This document shows, piece by piece, positions 1 to 10,873 of a stretch of DNA of 64,000 nucleotides. The notes under the pieces are model-generated. The model was given only the letters and a program-made list of their open reading frames with translations. It was not told where the DNA came from and ran no database searches. A program made the translations under genes and the position numbers. The stretch is from the NCBI GenBank assembly GCA_963804355.1, contig CAWDQC010000030.1, positions 33,396-97,395 on the forward strand, read 5' to 3'. Positions within the stretch are counted from its first letter, which is position 1, and each line of letters starts with the position of its first letter. The DNA comes from an uncultured Pseudomonadota bacterium (lineage in GTDB: Bacteria > Desulfobacterota > Binatia > Binatales > Binataceae).

Positions 1-1002
1 TTCGGTCGTCATTTCGTGAGCTTTCGGTTCCCCCATCAACGCCCCGATTCCCGCACCACCATGGGCCAGCGATACCGTCATGCAGTAGAGCGTGCTCGCC
101 GAATACATCATGCGGCCCATTGGATTGATGTTATCCTCGGGCCGATTCGAGACGTTCACCTCGACCATCAGGTAGGTGCCGTCGGCCTTGAGCGCGTTGC
201 GGATCGATTTGAGCAGACCGACCGGGTCGACCGAATCGTGGATGACGTCGAACGTTCCGATGAAATCGAACTGGTCGGCGGGCAGCTTGGTACAGTCGAC
301 CACGTCAAATGATACGCGATCGGCAACACCCGCGGCTTTGGCGTTGGCGCGAGCCCGCTCTACCGAGCCTGGATGCGCGTCGTAGCCGAAAATGCGCGCC
401 TTCGGGTACGCGGTCGCGAGCGCGATTACTGCGCGTCCGCTGCCGCATCCGACGTCGAGCGCCGTCCCGCCGGCATTGAGCCGTTCGACCACCTGCGGCA
501 TCGCCGGCATCCACTTGCGGATCAGCTGATGACGGTACATGGGAGCGGATCCGCGTTCGATCGCCTCGAATACTTCGGGCGGGTATTCGCTTTGCGGCAG
601 CCCCTTGCCGGTGCGGAACGATTCGACCAGCTTCGGCGCCATCCCGACTTCGGGCACGATCATCTGCATGAAGCCGCCCATGTAGAACGGCGATTCTTCG
701 TTGGCCAGGATCATCGCATTTTCGGGCGACATCGAGTAACGCGAGGTCGCCGAGTCATAGGCGATATATTTCGCCGCGGTCATCGCGCCAAGCCATTCGC
801 GCAGGTAGCGCTCGTTGAGACCGGTCCGTGCGGCAAGTTCGGCGCTGGTCACGGCGCCGGCGTCGGCCAGCGACTTGAAGATTTGCAGCCGGTCGCCGAT
901 ATAAGTGAGTGCGCCCTGCATCGCCGCGCCCAGATCATTCATCATCAGGCCGGCGAATGCCTTCACTTTGCCCCAGTCGAGATCTTTTTGTTCTTCGGCC
1001 AT
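1..1002 (-). CDS. class I SAM-dependent methyltransferase (C-terminus cut by window edge)
   Basis: My translation of the minus strand from ATG at 1002-1000 gives MAEEQKDLDWGKVKAFAGLMMNDLGAAMQGALTYIGDRLQIF... with SAM motif I LDVGCGSGRA. The frame stays open to base 1, so it is absent from the supplied track. Plus-strand ORFs 16..312 and 373..1071 are its shadows. Confidence 0.8.
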   Translation of the reverse strand, partial: MAEEQKDLDWGKVKAFAGLMMNDLGAAMQGALTYIGDRLQIFKSLADAGAVTSAELAARTGLNERYLREWLGAMTAAKYIAYDSATSRYSMSPENAMILANEESPFYMGGFMQMIVPEVGMAPKLVESFRTGKGLPQSEYPPEVFEAIERGSAPMYRHQLIRKWMPAMPQVVERLNAGGTALDVGCGSGRAVIALATAYPKARIFGYDAHPGSVERARANAKAAGVADRVSFDVVDCTKLPADQFDFIGTFDVIHDSVDPVGLLKSIRNALKADGTYLMVEVNVSNRPEDNINPMGRMMYSASTLYCMTVSLAHGGAGIGALMGEPKAHEMTTE

Positions 1003-1114
1003 GTTGCTTTTCCCCGCAGCGTTCGAGATTCATCGCAAACGCCGCCACGACGATTCAGTCGAGGCGGATAACGATGTTCCTTGCTTTCCAGTAGCAGGTT
1101 TGGACGGCGTTCGG

Positions 1115-2818
1115 CTACTTTCCGCGATTGGGGCCGTAGTCCGCGATTCTTTGCCCCCGATTTTCTGCCTTGCCCTCGATACACCATTCCTGAGTCGCAA
1201 CGGGAGTGTCGTTCAACGCCTCTCTCGCCGATCCGACTACCTCATACGGGCGCATCATCTCGTTGTCCTCGTGCTCGAGCATATGACAATGCCAGACATA
1301 GCGGCCGGTATAGCCCTCGAAGCGCATGATGATCCGGGTCACCATCCCGGGGTTCGTTCGCACTGTATCCTTCCATCCGGCTTCGCTCGGTTCCGGAGGA
1401 ACAGGAGGTCCCGTGAATCTCAGTGTCCCTGAAGTTTGATAGGCGAATGCGTCGAATTTGCGCCGGTCCAGAATCTGGAATCGCACCAGGTGCAGGTGAA
1501 TCGGATGGGCGTCGTCGGTCAAATTAACCAGGTTCCAAATCTCGACGGTGTCGATGACGGGCTTTTCCGTGACGGGCATGCTCCAGCGAGTGCCGTTGAG
1601 CAGCATCGTCATGGCGTTACCGGCCTTGTCGTTCCATTGCATCAGTGACAGCGTCCGGGTTTTTACGGATTCCGATTCCGCAATCCTGGCCATGGGACGC
1701 AGCTTCGCGGGCAGTGCCGAGGTATCGTCGGTTTTGCTGCGCGATACCCGGAATTGCATCACATCGAAGGTGTCGCTGCCGAGAATGATCGCCTCGCCGG
1801 CGTGATCGGAAAAATCGATAACCAGGTCCGCGCGCTCGGCCGGAGCGATCAGGAGGCTTTGCAGCTCGAGCGGCGCGGGTAGCAGACCGGTATCGGTGCC
1901 GATCTGATGGAACCGCTGCTGATTCGCCAGCGACAAATGAAAGAATCGGCCATTGGCGGCATTTAGTACGCGGAATCGGTACTTGCGCGGCTCGACTTCG
2001 AGATAAGGGAAAATCTTGCCGTTAACCAGTATGACGTTGCCGAAAAACTCGGTGATCCAGGGCGAAGCGGGATTCCCCGAAACCGGATAGTAAAGCTGGC
2101 TTTCGCGGTCGAACATCCGGTCAAAGATGATCAATGGAATTTCGTACTTGCCCGCGGGTAAATTGAGACTCGCCTCGACCTCGTCCCGAACGATATAAGT
2201 CCCGACCAGTCCCGCAAATATATTGAGCCGATTGATGCCCATCGCGTGGTCGTGATACCAGAGCATCGCCGCGTCCTGGTCGTTCGGATAGTACGAAAGA
2301 GCGGATTGGCCCGGGACAATCCAGTTTTCCGGATAACCGTCGCTATCAGGTGGCGCTTTGGCGCCGTGCACATGCACGACCGCGCGAACCTCCGGGATTC
2401 CCACTTCGGCGCCATGCAGATTGTGGTCGATCGGCAGAAAATGCTTGCGCGGCAGGGCGTTGACCCATTCGACCATGACCGCTTGACCCTTGCGCATTTC
2501 GAGGGTCGGCCCGGGAACGCTTGCGCCGTATCCCCATTGGCGCGTCGGCTTGAGGTCGCGATGCAATTTGGTCGCAAATTCGCGCATCTCGATTCGGTAA
2601 CGCGGTATCTGGACCTTTGCGTCGGCCGGACTGGGATGAAACCCACTGGCGCGGGCTATCGATGGAATGGGTAGCGGGTCGACAAAACGCGCCAACGAAT
2701 CGGCGTCGAGCGCCGGCCGTGCCTTGACCGGCTGAACCATGCGTCCCGCGCCAACGGTGAGGATTGTCGCTCCAACCAGGCCGCCCGTGCGCAAAAACTC
2801 CCGTCGCGTGATCGCCAA
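1115..2818 (-). CDS. multicopper oxidase (CotA/bilirubin-oxidase-like), Tat-exported
   Basis: Twin-arginine leader MAITRREFLRTGG. Copper-ligand motifs HVHG, WYHDH, HPIHLH and HCHMLEHEDNEMM. Confidence 0.9.
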   Translation of the reverse strand: MAITRREFLRTGGLVGATILTVGAGRMVQPVKARPALDADSLARFVDPLPIPSIARASGFHPSPADAKVQIPRYRIEMREFATKLHRDLKPTRQWGYGASVPGPTLEMRKGQAVMVEWVNALPRKHFLPIDHNLHGAEVGIPEVRAVVHVHGAKAPPDSDGYPENWIVPGQSALSYYPNDQDAAMLWYHDHAMGINRLNIFAGLVGTYIVRDEVEASLNLPAGKYEIPLIIFDRMFDRESQLYYPVSGNPASPWITEFFGNVILVNGKIFPYLEVEPRKYRFRVLNAANGRFFHLSLANQQRFHQIGTDTGLLPAPLELQSLLIAPAERADLVIDFSDHAGEAIILGSDTFDVMQFRVSRSKTDDTSALPAKLRPMARIAESESVKTRTLSLMQWNDKAGNAMTMLLNGTRWSMPVTEKPVIDTVEIWNLVNLTDDAHPIHLHLVRFQILDRRKFDAFAYQTSGTLRFTGPPVPPEPSEAGWKDTVRTNPGMVTRIIMRFEGYTGRYVWHCHMLEHEDNEMMRPYEVVGSAREALNDTPVATQEWCIEGKAENRGQRIADYGPNRGK

Positions 2819-2996
2819 TAGTGCCGCTCCAGCGCGTAACTTAGTTTCGGCGATCGAGAATGTCTAAGGCGGCCGGAGACAGCGATGAGTATGCGTCGAA
2901 GGCCGAGCGCCAAGTGTCTTGAATTAGGGTCGTGATGGGGTCGTGGAAGGGGCCGGGACGCGCTTCGTGCACGTCCCAGCCGGTCGAATCGATTTG

Positions 2997-4652
2997 CTAT
3001 TTCTTCTGTCGATGCATGCTGCCGCCGCTCACGACCGTCCCGCTGACGGGATCAAGGAATAGCGGAGGAGCAATGCGGCCCGTGTGTTTTCCGCTACCGG
3101 CGTCGAAATTGAACATGCTCGCGATCGAATTCGTCGCCGCGTCGAACGAACCCTGTCCGATTCGCTGACCCTGCAACCAGTTATCCTCGACAAACCGGAT
3201 TATCGAGGTCTGGCTGGTCAGCGAATGGTCGACAAAGTTTTGCCGCGCATATGGCGAGATGACCAGCATCGGCAACCGGGGCCCGAAGCCGCATCGTCCC
3301 TGCGCGTGCGCGGTACTGGGATCGACGCCTGGCAGGGCATTGTCCGTGCCGTTGCCGCAGGTGCCCGTGCCCGTAAGCGCGTCGGCGGTGGTGGTCGATT
3401 GATTCATGATCGGACCCATCTGATGGTCGTACCATCCGTCCGAATCATCATAGGCAATGACGATCGCGGTGCTTTTCCATTCCGGCTGTGTCTCGAGAAA
3501 ATTGATCAGGTTGACGACAAAGTTTTGCTCGTCGATCGGGTCGGAATAGCCCGCGTGACCGTCCTGGTAGCCCGGCGCCTTGATAAAGCTCACCGCGGGG
3601 AAGTTGCCCGCGTTGACCGCACTGTAAAAGTCCTGCACGTCGTATTGATGGTTCGCGCCGTCTCCGCTGCTACCGATCATCGAAGTTGAGCTGGGCCGGA
3701 TGTGCTTCGGATTGGCCGTCGAAGTGTAGTACTGGAACGGCTCGTGATGCGGGATGTAGTCGGCTTTATCGGTCGTCGTAACGGCCGACGTCGTCGATCG
3801 CTGACATCCGGTGGTGCCGTTGGAATTGACGACCGTGAGGTCGAATCCGCCTTCGAAAAATCCCCAGGTAACATTCGCGGAGTTCAGCAGGTCGCCAATA
3901 TTCTTACCGCCGAATTGGAAAGTTTCGCCGCTGGTCGTCGAGCAAACGTCGCCAATCGGGTCGGCATCGCCGATATCCGTCGTGCCGCCGTTGCCGTCGG
4001 GTATGGTTGCCCCACCAGGCATCAGATCCTTGGTTACGCCATTGGTCTGACCCGAGACCAGGTTGATCGCGCCAACGGTCGACGGCCCAAAGGTGGTGCC
4101 GAATGAATTGTCGCTCATCGCGAAGTTCTGCGCATAGTTCCACATCGCGGTGACCGTGTTGCCGTCATAGTATCCCATGGTCAGAGCCGTGGTGGTGACC
4201 TGCGACGGCGGCGCAGTCGGCGGGGGTCCGGCGGTGCCCACTGACAGCGGGAAGAGATCCATCAGGCCGTGATCGAAAGCCATCTGTTCGGGCCCGTAAT
4301 CGTGATCCTGGTCGGCGGTTGCCGCCTGCGAGGGATCCAGGCGGAAGGGATTGGAGGCGATACTGTTGGTTTGGCTGTTGTTGTTGCCCTCGCTGAGATT
4401 GGGATTGTTGGTCAAAAGGCCGCCGGTGAGCCCGTTGACGCTGGGCGTGCCGGGTTTCGCGGTGAATTGCGACTCGCCGCTGGGATTTGTCGCGTTTGGA
4501 TAAGTGCCGAAGTAGTGGTCGAAGGAAATGTTCTCCTGAAAAATGACCACCAGATGGGTGATCGGCGTGGCGACAGCCATTGCCGGGCTTCCGGCTAACG
4601 CCGTGATCGCCAACGCACCTGTCGCGCGCGCGATCAGCTTTTTGACTCGCAT
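2997..4652 (-). CDS. secreted phosphoesterase family protein (AcpA acid phosphatase / phospholipase C family)
   Basis: Signal peptide MRVKKLIARATGALAITALAGSPAMA, followed by VVIFQENISFDHYFGTYP, which is typical of the phosphoesterase family. Confidence 0.8.
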   Translation of the reverse strand: MRVKKLIARATGALAITALAGSPAMAVATPITHLVVIFQENISFDHYFGTYPNATNPSGESQFTAKPGTPSVNGLTGGLLTNNPNLSEGNNNSQTNSIASNPFRLDPSQAATADQDHDYGPEQMAFDHGLMDLFPLSVGTAGPPPTAPPSQVTTTALTMGYYDGNTVTAMWNYAQNFAMSDNSFGTTFGPSTVGAINLVSGQTNGVTKDLMPGGATIPDGNGGTTDIGDADPIGDVCSTTSGETFQFGGKNIGDLLNSANVTWGFFEGGFDLTVVNSNGTTGCQRSTTSAVTTTDKADYIPHHEPFQYYTSTANPKHIRPSSTSMIGSSGDGANHQYDVQDFYSAVNAGNFPAVSFIKAPGYQDGHAGYSDPIDEQNFVVNLINFLETQPEWKSTAIVIAYDDSDGWYDHQMGPIMNQSTTTADALTGTGTCGNGTDNALPGVDPSTAHAQGRCGFGPRLPMLVISPYARQNFVDHSLTSQTSIIRFVEDNWLQGQRIGQGSFDAATNSIASMFNFDAGSGKHTGRIAPPLFLDPVSGTVVSGGSMHRQKK

Positions 4653-4964
4653 GATCTTGCTCCTCCCCGAAGCCGTTCTGTCGGTTTCAGTTGTCGATCG
4701 TAGAAACTACCGCCGCGGGATCATGACTGACCAAGATGACCGGGGAGTGAAGCTAGATTTTCAGTCGGGTAAATTTCGTGTTACGGGCAGTCGATCTGCT
4801 GGGAATCTGGCTTGGGCTTCTATCCCAAATCACGGGCCTGGGGAGGCGCGCGCGAAGGCGGGATAGACTCCCCGCTCAGGCGTTTTTGCCATCGAGAGAG
4901 GTCAGCAAAGTCCCCCAGGGGAGGCGCCCGCCACCACTTGTCGGGAGCAAGCTCCGGGCGCTAC

Positions 4965-7457
4965 TTAGCGGGCCGGCTTGGCGCCGTACTCGGCGAACAG
5001 TTCCTGCTGGGTCGAAGGTTCCTCGGGGGGAGGCTCCAGTTCTTTCGGGTCGAATAGCTCGGGACGCTCCGCGAATGGGCGGAACTTCTCGTAAAGATCG
5101 GCGAGCTTGGCCTGATAATATTCGATATTCTCGTCGGGACGGCTCGGGTCGTACTCCGACGCCATCTTCGCCGCCAGCGCTACCTTGACCTTCGATCCGC
5201 GGCCGGTGACGTAGTGCGAGATCTGATCGCCGCTGAGATACGGGCGCTCGGCCTTGAGCGCCAGTTCATAGCTGGCGGCGACATTGCGCCGGTTACCGCC
5301 GATTTTCTCCCGGTACATATCGGGGGAATCTTGCAGGGTTTCAGTCTTCATCAGGTCGGCGATACCGATCTCGTGGCTTGCGATACGCCGGTGGTAGTCA
5401 TCGTAGAGACTCGGAATCTCCTGATGCCGGCCCGTCAGCAGCAACTCGAAGAGCTCCTCCATGAAGCGGCGCTGGAAGCGTTCGAGCCCGCGCGACTTCA
5501 GGCCCGATCCGCGAATCGTCATCTCGCCGCGGTCATCGAGCAGCACATAATTCTTCATTTTATAGCTCAACATCGCCGGATAGCGGCCGTCGATCTCGAG
5601 CCGAATCCCGTTGGGCATATCGGCGCCGATCTGATCCAGCAGCGCTTCGGCCGCGCCTTCATCGTAGAGGGCAAACGGCGCGACGAAATAGATTCCGTCG
5701 GTGTCGACTTCGATTACCTTCGCGCCGCGTTCCTCCAAGGCGTCAATCGCGCGTCTGATCAGGTCGCGTCCGCGCCGCGTAACGGTATTGGCTTGGACGA
5801 AGTCGTTGAAGTGACCGAGCGAAAAACCGAGGTAGCCGTAAAATGAATTGATCAGAATTTTGAAGGTTTGCTGGAGCGCTTCCAGATTGCGCCGTTCGGC
5901 TCCTTCGAGTTCGCGCACCGCCGCCTTGGCCTGGACGCGGAAGCTGCGCAAGTCCTCGAGCAGCCGCAGGAAAACTCCGAGGCTATCGTTCGCCGGCTGA
6001 TGACGTCCTTCAATCATCAACGACGGGTAAAGCGAGGTGACGTCGCAATGCAGCACCTTGCGGGCGACTCCGCACAAGCGCATTTCCGTGTGGCCGCCCG
6101 CGACTTCGCTCGGAGGACTCGGCTCAGGTATCGAATGGCCCTGTGCGAGATAGGCGCGCATCAGCAGCGCGTCGATTTTCGTCGCATTCCCGCGCAGGAT
6201 CGCATTCTGATACGAGTAGGGAAAAATCTGCGCCTGAACGAAATAGCTCGGCGATAGCATCTCGGCCAGCGCGCCGGCTTCGCGCGTGTCGTCGAGCGCA
6301 TAAGTCAAAACCTGGTCCGGCCGATCGTCGAAATGCTCACTGATTCGCGAGGCGTCGAGGTAAACCCGTCCTTCCCGCGCCATCCCAAAATGTTGCGCCA
6401 ACTCCTTCAGCCCAAATCCTTCCAGCTCGCGGCTGGCGATATCGTAGTGCTGCGCCAGCAGCCAGGTGTCGACGATACTCCTGCCGTAAATATCGTAGCG
6501 GCGATAAGCGATCACCCGCTCGGCGATCTGCATTCGCGAAGGGCGAACGCGCATTCCACGACCGTCGCGTCCCAATCCCAGATCGATTTTATGTCGTTGC
6601 GCGCGGGCCTCGAGGTATTCGAGGTCGAAGCGAAACAGGTTGTGACCCTCGATAATGTCCGGGTCGCGCTCGCGCACGATCCGCACCATCTCGGCGATCA
6701 TGGCCGGTTCATCCATCTCTCTCGCCGAAAGTACCCGCTCGAAGCCGCGCGAATCGGTGATCGCGATCGCGATCACACGATCGCCCTCGCGAGCCGCGCT
6801 GGGAAACTCGAAGCCCGGACTCGTATAAGTCTCGATATCGAGCTGCATCCGATGCAGGTCGGCGAACTGGATACCCATGAAGTAAGTCGTCCCGGTGAGC
6901 ATCAGGTACTGCTCCACCGGATCGGCAAGGATTAGATAGGGAGCCTCGGGCGATCCCGGCGCCTGCCCGGTGGTCTGGCGCAAATGGCGTCGGGCGGCTT
7001 CCAGCCCGTCGGTGGAATTGAACGTTGCGAGTACCCGAAACCGGAAATTCCCGGCGAGGTCGGTCATCGCGACCGGTGCGCGAAATCCTTTGAGCAAGCC
7101 CCGATCGGCCAGCAGGACGAACAGCTTCAGGGGGCGGCGTTCGCGCCGCAACCCGCCGTCGATACGCCTGAAAACCTCGACTTCGGATCGTGAGGCGATT
7201 TCGACGGCCACGACACCGCTATCGTTCGGGTCGCCGAACAGCAACCGATTGCCATAAAATTGGTCGGAAATTGCCTGGTAACGATTCACAGCAGGCCGCT
7301 CGCGGTCAGATTTTGCATCGGTGCGGACCTTTCCACAACGGTCAAATGACAGTTCATTACGGCCTACGCGAACATCGTTCCCCAAGGCGGAAGCCTCGCG
7401 GGTTCTCGGCACGAACCTTGTTTGCTGAATGCGGATATGGGCAGTAGCTCCGGCCAA
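4965..7457 (-). CDS. polB: family B DNA polymerase (Pol II-like) with 3'-5' exonuclease domain
   Basis: Exo motifs DIETY, NLFRFDLEYL and YALDDT. Polymerase motifs DVTSLYPS, KILINSFYGYLG and IEVDTDGIYF. The first ~56 codons are Arg-rich and look non-coding, so the real start may be the in-frame GTG at 7289. Confidence 0.85.
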   Translation of the reverse strand: MAGATAHIRIQQTRFVPRTREASALGNDVRVGRNELSFDRCGKVRTDAKSDRERPAVNRYQAISDQFYGNRLLFGDPNDSGVVAVEIASRSEVEVFRRIDGGLRRERRPLKLFVLLADRGLLKGFRAPVAMTDLAGNFRFRVLATFNSTDGLEAARRHLRQTTGQAPGSPEAPYLILADPVEQYLMLTGTTYFMGIQFADLHRMQLDIETYTSPGFEFPSAAREGDRVIAIAITDSRGFERVLSAREMDEPAMIAEMVRIVRERDPDIIEGHNLFRFDLEYLEARAQRHKIDLGLGRDGRGMRVRPSRMQIAERVIAYRRYDIYGRSIVDTWLLAQHYDIASRELEGFGLKELAQHFGMAREGRVYLDASRISEHFDDRPDQVLTYALDDTREAGALAEMLSPSYFVQAQIFPYSYQNAILRGNATKIDALLMRAYLAQGHSIPEPSPPSEVAGGHTEMRLCGVARKVLHCDVTSLYPSLMIEGRHQPANDSLGVFLRLLEDLRSFRVQAKAAVRELEGAERRNLEALQQTFKILINSFYGYLGFSLGHFNDFVQANTVTRRGRDLIRRAIDALEERGAKVIEVDTDGIYFVAPFALYDEGAAEALLDQIGADMPNGIRLEIDGRYPAMLSYKMKNYVLLDDRGEMTIRGSGLKSRGLERFQRRFMEELFELLLTGRHQEIPSLYDDYHRRIASHEIGIADLMKTETLQDSPDMYREKIGGNRRNVAASYELALKAERPYLSGDQISHYVTGRGSKVKVALAAKMASEYDPSRPDENIEYYQAKLADLYEKFRPFAERPELFDPKELEPPPEEPSTQQELFAEYGAKPAR

Positions 7458-7620
7458 GCCGAAAGTAATAGCCGAAACCGTGAACTTTAAGGTATACTAA
7501 AGTTAGGCGACGCGGGTCTCCCGCGTGCGAATCTGCACGACGCAAGAATCGTTATTACTATTGTATTGTCACTAACAGTGCGGATAATGACGCGCGGCGA
7601 CGAACGAAGCTCTTCTTAAG

Positions 7621-7650
7621 TTGACTTGCTCCAAGTGGGCCTAATATATT
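7621..7650 (+). promoter_or_regulatory. candidate sigma70-type promoter upstream of rpoD
   Basis: TTGACT (7621-7626), then a 17-18 nt spacer, then ATATAT/TATATT (7644-7650), about 150 nt upstream of the rpoD ATG. Sequence match only. Confidence 0.4.
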
Positions 7651-7798
7651 GAGCCGCTTGGCCAGATTTTCGTATCATCGAAGGTTCACAGCCGCAACGG
7701 TGTTTCCCCGTTGAGTCTTAGCGGCGGAGGACATCGGCCTTCCATCGGATTTGCCAGAACCGTGCGCGCCGGCGGTCCGGACTTAACGGAAGCTTAGC

Positions 7799-9562
7799 AT
7801 GAAGCAGAAGTACGAAGGGAAAGACCTACAAGGCTTGGTCGATCTCGGGCGCGAGCAGGGCTACCTCACCTTTGACCAGGTGAACGATTTCCTGCCGCAC
7901 GACGTCACCTCGCCGACAGACCTCCGCTCGGCCCTCGAAAGTTTCGAGGACATGGACATCAAGGTGCTCGACGATGTCCCCGCGGAAGGTGCCGAAGCGG
8001 ACGTCGAAGCCGAGGCCAAGGAAGAACCGGAAGAGGCCGCTGAGGCCCCCGCCGCTGATACTCTTAGCGAATCTTCCGATCCCGTCCGCCTTTACCTGAA
8101 GGAGATGGGGAACTTCCAGCTCCTCTCGCGGGAGCAGGAAGTCGAGATTGCCAAACGTATCGAAGCCGGCGAGAACGAGGTCGAGGACGAAGTCCTGCGT
8201 TCGCCCGTGACGCTCGATTTTGTCATCGAGATGGGCAACCGGGTCGAAACCGGGGAGGCCGACCTTCGCGATATTTTCGAAGAGGCCGCCGAAGAGCCTA
8301 GCGACCCCGACGAAGAGCGTGGTCCGGAAGCTAACGAAAAACAGCTCAAAAAGCTTCTTACCTCCACTAAGAAGCTCAAATCACTGCACGAAAAGATCGA
8401 GAAGATCGAGCAGAAGCTGAAGGATAAGCCGCGCACCGGCGCCGTCAAGACCAAGTTCGAAAAGGGATTGTCCCGGTTCAAAGAGAGCGTAAAGCGCGAA
8501 CTGGCCGATCTCGAACTGTCCCGCCATCTGCTGGACGCCGTAGTAGCCGAGATGCGCCGCTTGCTCAAAGAGGCGAACGAATCGCAGACGCTCATCGCGC
8601 GTTATGAAGAAGCGACAGGCCGAACCAAGTCCCAGCTGATCCGCGAGGCCTCGGAGGCCGAAGATCGGCGGCACGTGCTGAAGATTAATGGCACCCGCGA
8701 GAATCTGCTGGATATCGCCGCTCGCATTAAGGAAGGCCAAAAGACGATTAAGGAAGTCGAGCGACGCGTAAAGGCGTCAGCTGAGGACTTTGCACGCTCG
8801 ATCGAGACCATCGCGTCGGGTCAGGACAAGAGCCGGCGGGCGAAAAAGGAGCTGACCGAGGCCAATCTTCGCCTCGTCGTCAGTTTGGCCAAACGCTACA
8901 CCAACCGCGGCCTCGGCTTCCTCGATTTGATCCAGGAAGGCAACATCGGCCTGATGCGCGCGGTCGACAAGTTCGAATATCAGCGCGGATACAAATTCTC
9001 GACCTATGCGACCTGGTGGATCCGCCAGTCCATGTCGCGCGCGATCGCCGACCAGGGCCGCACGATTCGTATCCCCGTCCACATGGTCGAGACCATCAAC
9101 AAGCTGCTGCGCGTTACCCGGCTCCTGGTTCAGCGTCTCGGACGCGAGCCGAGCCCGGAGGAAATCGCCGAGCAGATGGAGATGCCGCTCGACAAGGTCC
9201 AAAAGGTCCTCAAGATCGTCAAAGAGCCGATTTCACTCGAGACTCCCATTGGCGACGAGGAAGAAAGCTCGCTTGGCGATTTCGTCGAGGACGAGCTGGC
9301 GCCTTCGCCGGTCGAGGCCGCAATCCAGGGGAATCTCGGCGAGCAAACGCGCAAGGTGCTGGCGACTCTCACCCCGCGCGAGGAACAGATCCTGCGGATG
9401 CGCTTCGGGATCGGTCAAAAGACCGACTACACGCTCGAAGAGGTCGGCAAGCAGTTCGCCGTCACCCGCGAACGTATCCGTCAAATCGAGGCCAAAGCGT
9501 TACGCAAGCTCCGTCAGACCGGACGCTCGCGCAATCTCGAAGGCTTCATGGAACGCGAATAG
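7799..9562 (+). CDS. rpoD: RNA polymerase primary sigma factor (sigma-70)
   Basis: Acidic region 1. Region 2 reads [37 protein letters not shown] and region 4 reads [28 protein letters not shown]. Confidence 0.95.
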   Translation: MKQKYEGKDLQGLVDLGREQGYLTFDQVNDFLPHDVTSPTDLRSALESFEDMDIKVLDDVPAEGAEADVEAEAKEEPEEAAEAPAADTLSESSDPVRLYLKEMGNFQLLSREQEVEIAKRIEAGENEVEDEVLRSPVTLDFVIEMGNRVETGEADLRDIFEEAAEEPSDPDEERGPEANEKQLKKLLTSTKKLKSLHEKIEKIEQKLKDKPRTGAVKTKFEKGLSRFKESVKRELADLELSRHLLDAVVAEMRRLLKEANESQTLIARYEEATGRTKSQLIREASEAEDRRHVLKINGTRENLLDIAARIKEGQKTIKEVERRVKASAEDFARSIETIASGQDKSRRAKKELTEANLRLVVSLAKRYTNRGLGFLDLIQEGNIGLMRAVDKFEYQRGYKFSTYATWWIRQSMSRAIADQGRTIRIPVHMVETINKLLRVTRLLVQRLGREPSPEEIAEQMEMPLDKVQKVLKIVKEPISLETPIGDEEESSLGDFVEDELAPSPVEAAIQGNLGEQTRKVLATLTPREEQILRMRFGIGQKTDYTLEEVGKQFAVTRERIRQIEAKALRKLRQTGRSRNLEGFMERE

Positions 9563-9589
9563 GCGATCGGCGGCTACCCGATCGCTTTT
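9563..9589 (+). terminator. intrinsic terminator-like hairpin after rpoD, shared with the convergent CoA-transferase gene
   Basis: Perfect 8-bp stem GCGATCGG/CCGATCGC (9563-9570 / 9578-9585) followed by TTTT (9586-9589). The stop codon of the minus-strand gene lies in the loop. Confidence 0.55.
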
Positions 9590-10759
9590 GCGCTCCGTAG
9601 CCGCTGCAACTCCTCCATCGAATAGCCGTGCGCAAGCAGGACCTCTTGCGTATGCTCGCCGAGTAACGGCGGCCGCGTGACCTTGCCCGGCGTATCCTCC
9701 AACTTGACGCCCAGACCGGTGGTGAGGAATTCGCCACGCGCCGGATGAGCCATCCGCAGCAGCATCTCGCGCGCCGCGATTTGCGGATGATTGAACATCT
9801 CCTCGACGGTCAGAATCGGGCCTGACGGGATTCCTTTCTGGTTGAACAGTTCGATCCAGTATTGAGCGGGATAGTCCGCCAGCGCCCGGTTGATCTCGGC
9901 GGTTAATTCCTCGCGATTCTTGAGTCGTGGACCCGCTCCGATGAAGCGCGGATCGTCGGCCAGTTCCGGCCGTCCGATCACCTCTACGAAGGTGCGCCAC
10001 ATCGCATCGTTGCCGACCGCGATATTGAAGGGCCGATCCGCCGCCTGAAAGACGCCATGTGGCGACGACAGCGGATGATTATTGCCGGCGGGACCGGGAG
10101 TTTTGCCGCTATCGAAGTAGATTCCCGCCGACCAGCTAAGCGTGCTGATGATCGCCTCGATTAGCGAGGTCTCGACCTTTTGTCCCCGCCCCGTGCGATG
10201 GCGCGCCTCGAGCGCGAGCAGGATTCCCTGCGCCGCGAAGATTCCTCCGAGCAGGTCGCAGATCGCGATTCCCACCCGCGTCGGGCCGCTCTCCGCGGTC
10301 CCCGTCACGCTCATTAGACCCGAGAAACCCTGCGCAATCTGGTCGAAGCCCGGATAGTCGCGCATCGGACCGTTCGATCCGAATCCCGAAACGCTACACG
10401 CGATGATTCGTGGATTGCGCGCGGCGACCGCCTCGTAGCCGAATCCCAAGGCCTCGATTACACCCGGCCGGAAATTGTCGATTACGACGTCAGCGTCGTC
10501 GATCAGGCGCTGGAGTCACGCCCCTTCCCTCGGCGCTCCTGGTCGAGACCTGCACACTCTTCTTCGAGCGGTTGGTGCTCATGAAGAAATAGCTGTCTTT
10601 GCCGGAATAGCCGCCCAATTCGCCGCGCGCACCCTCGACCGGCTCGATTTTCAGCACTTCGGCCCCATAATCGCCCAAAATCTGCGTGCAAAACGGCCCC
10701 GCCAGATAGCGCGTGAAATCAACCACTTTGATTCCGTCCAAGGGTCCGGCGTTAGGCAT
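9574..10759 (-). CDS. CaiB/BaiF family III CoA-transferase, split by one frameshift near 10495
   Basis: The N-terminal fragment (10490..10759) reads MPNAGPLDGIKVVDFTRYLAGPFCTQILGDYGAEVLKIEP...NRSKKSV. After a 1-nt shift it continues as LIDDADVVIDNFRPGVIEALGFGYEAV into ORF 9574..10449. Confidence 0.8.
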
Positions 10760-10873
10760 TGTCGATTACTCCTGCGAAAATGGGCGAAAAGCCGTTCTAG
10801 TATCTGGGCCGACCCGCCGAATTTGAAACTTGGGGTCTTCCATTACGTCTTATATGCCTGGACAGAGCAGTTT

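Noticed and set aside
10475-10873. N-terminal 133-codon extension of the macA ORF. Similar extensions occur at 21862..21969 (argB), 24625..24660 (argD), 43912..44088 (orphan ORF) and 50365..50397 (bactofilin)
   Set aside because: The extensions are Arg-rich, overlap the opposite-strand gene or lack conservation-like sequence. Internal ATG codons with better context reproduce typical N-termini.
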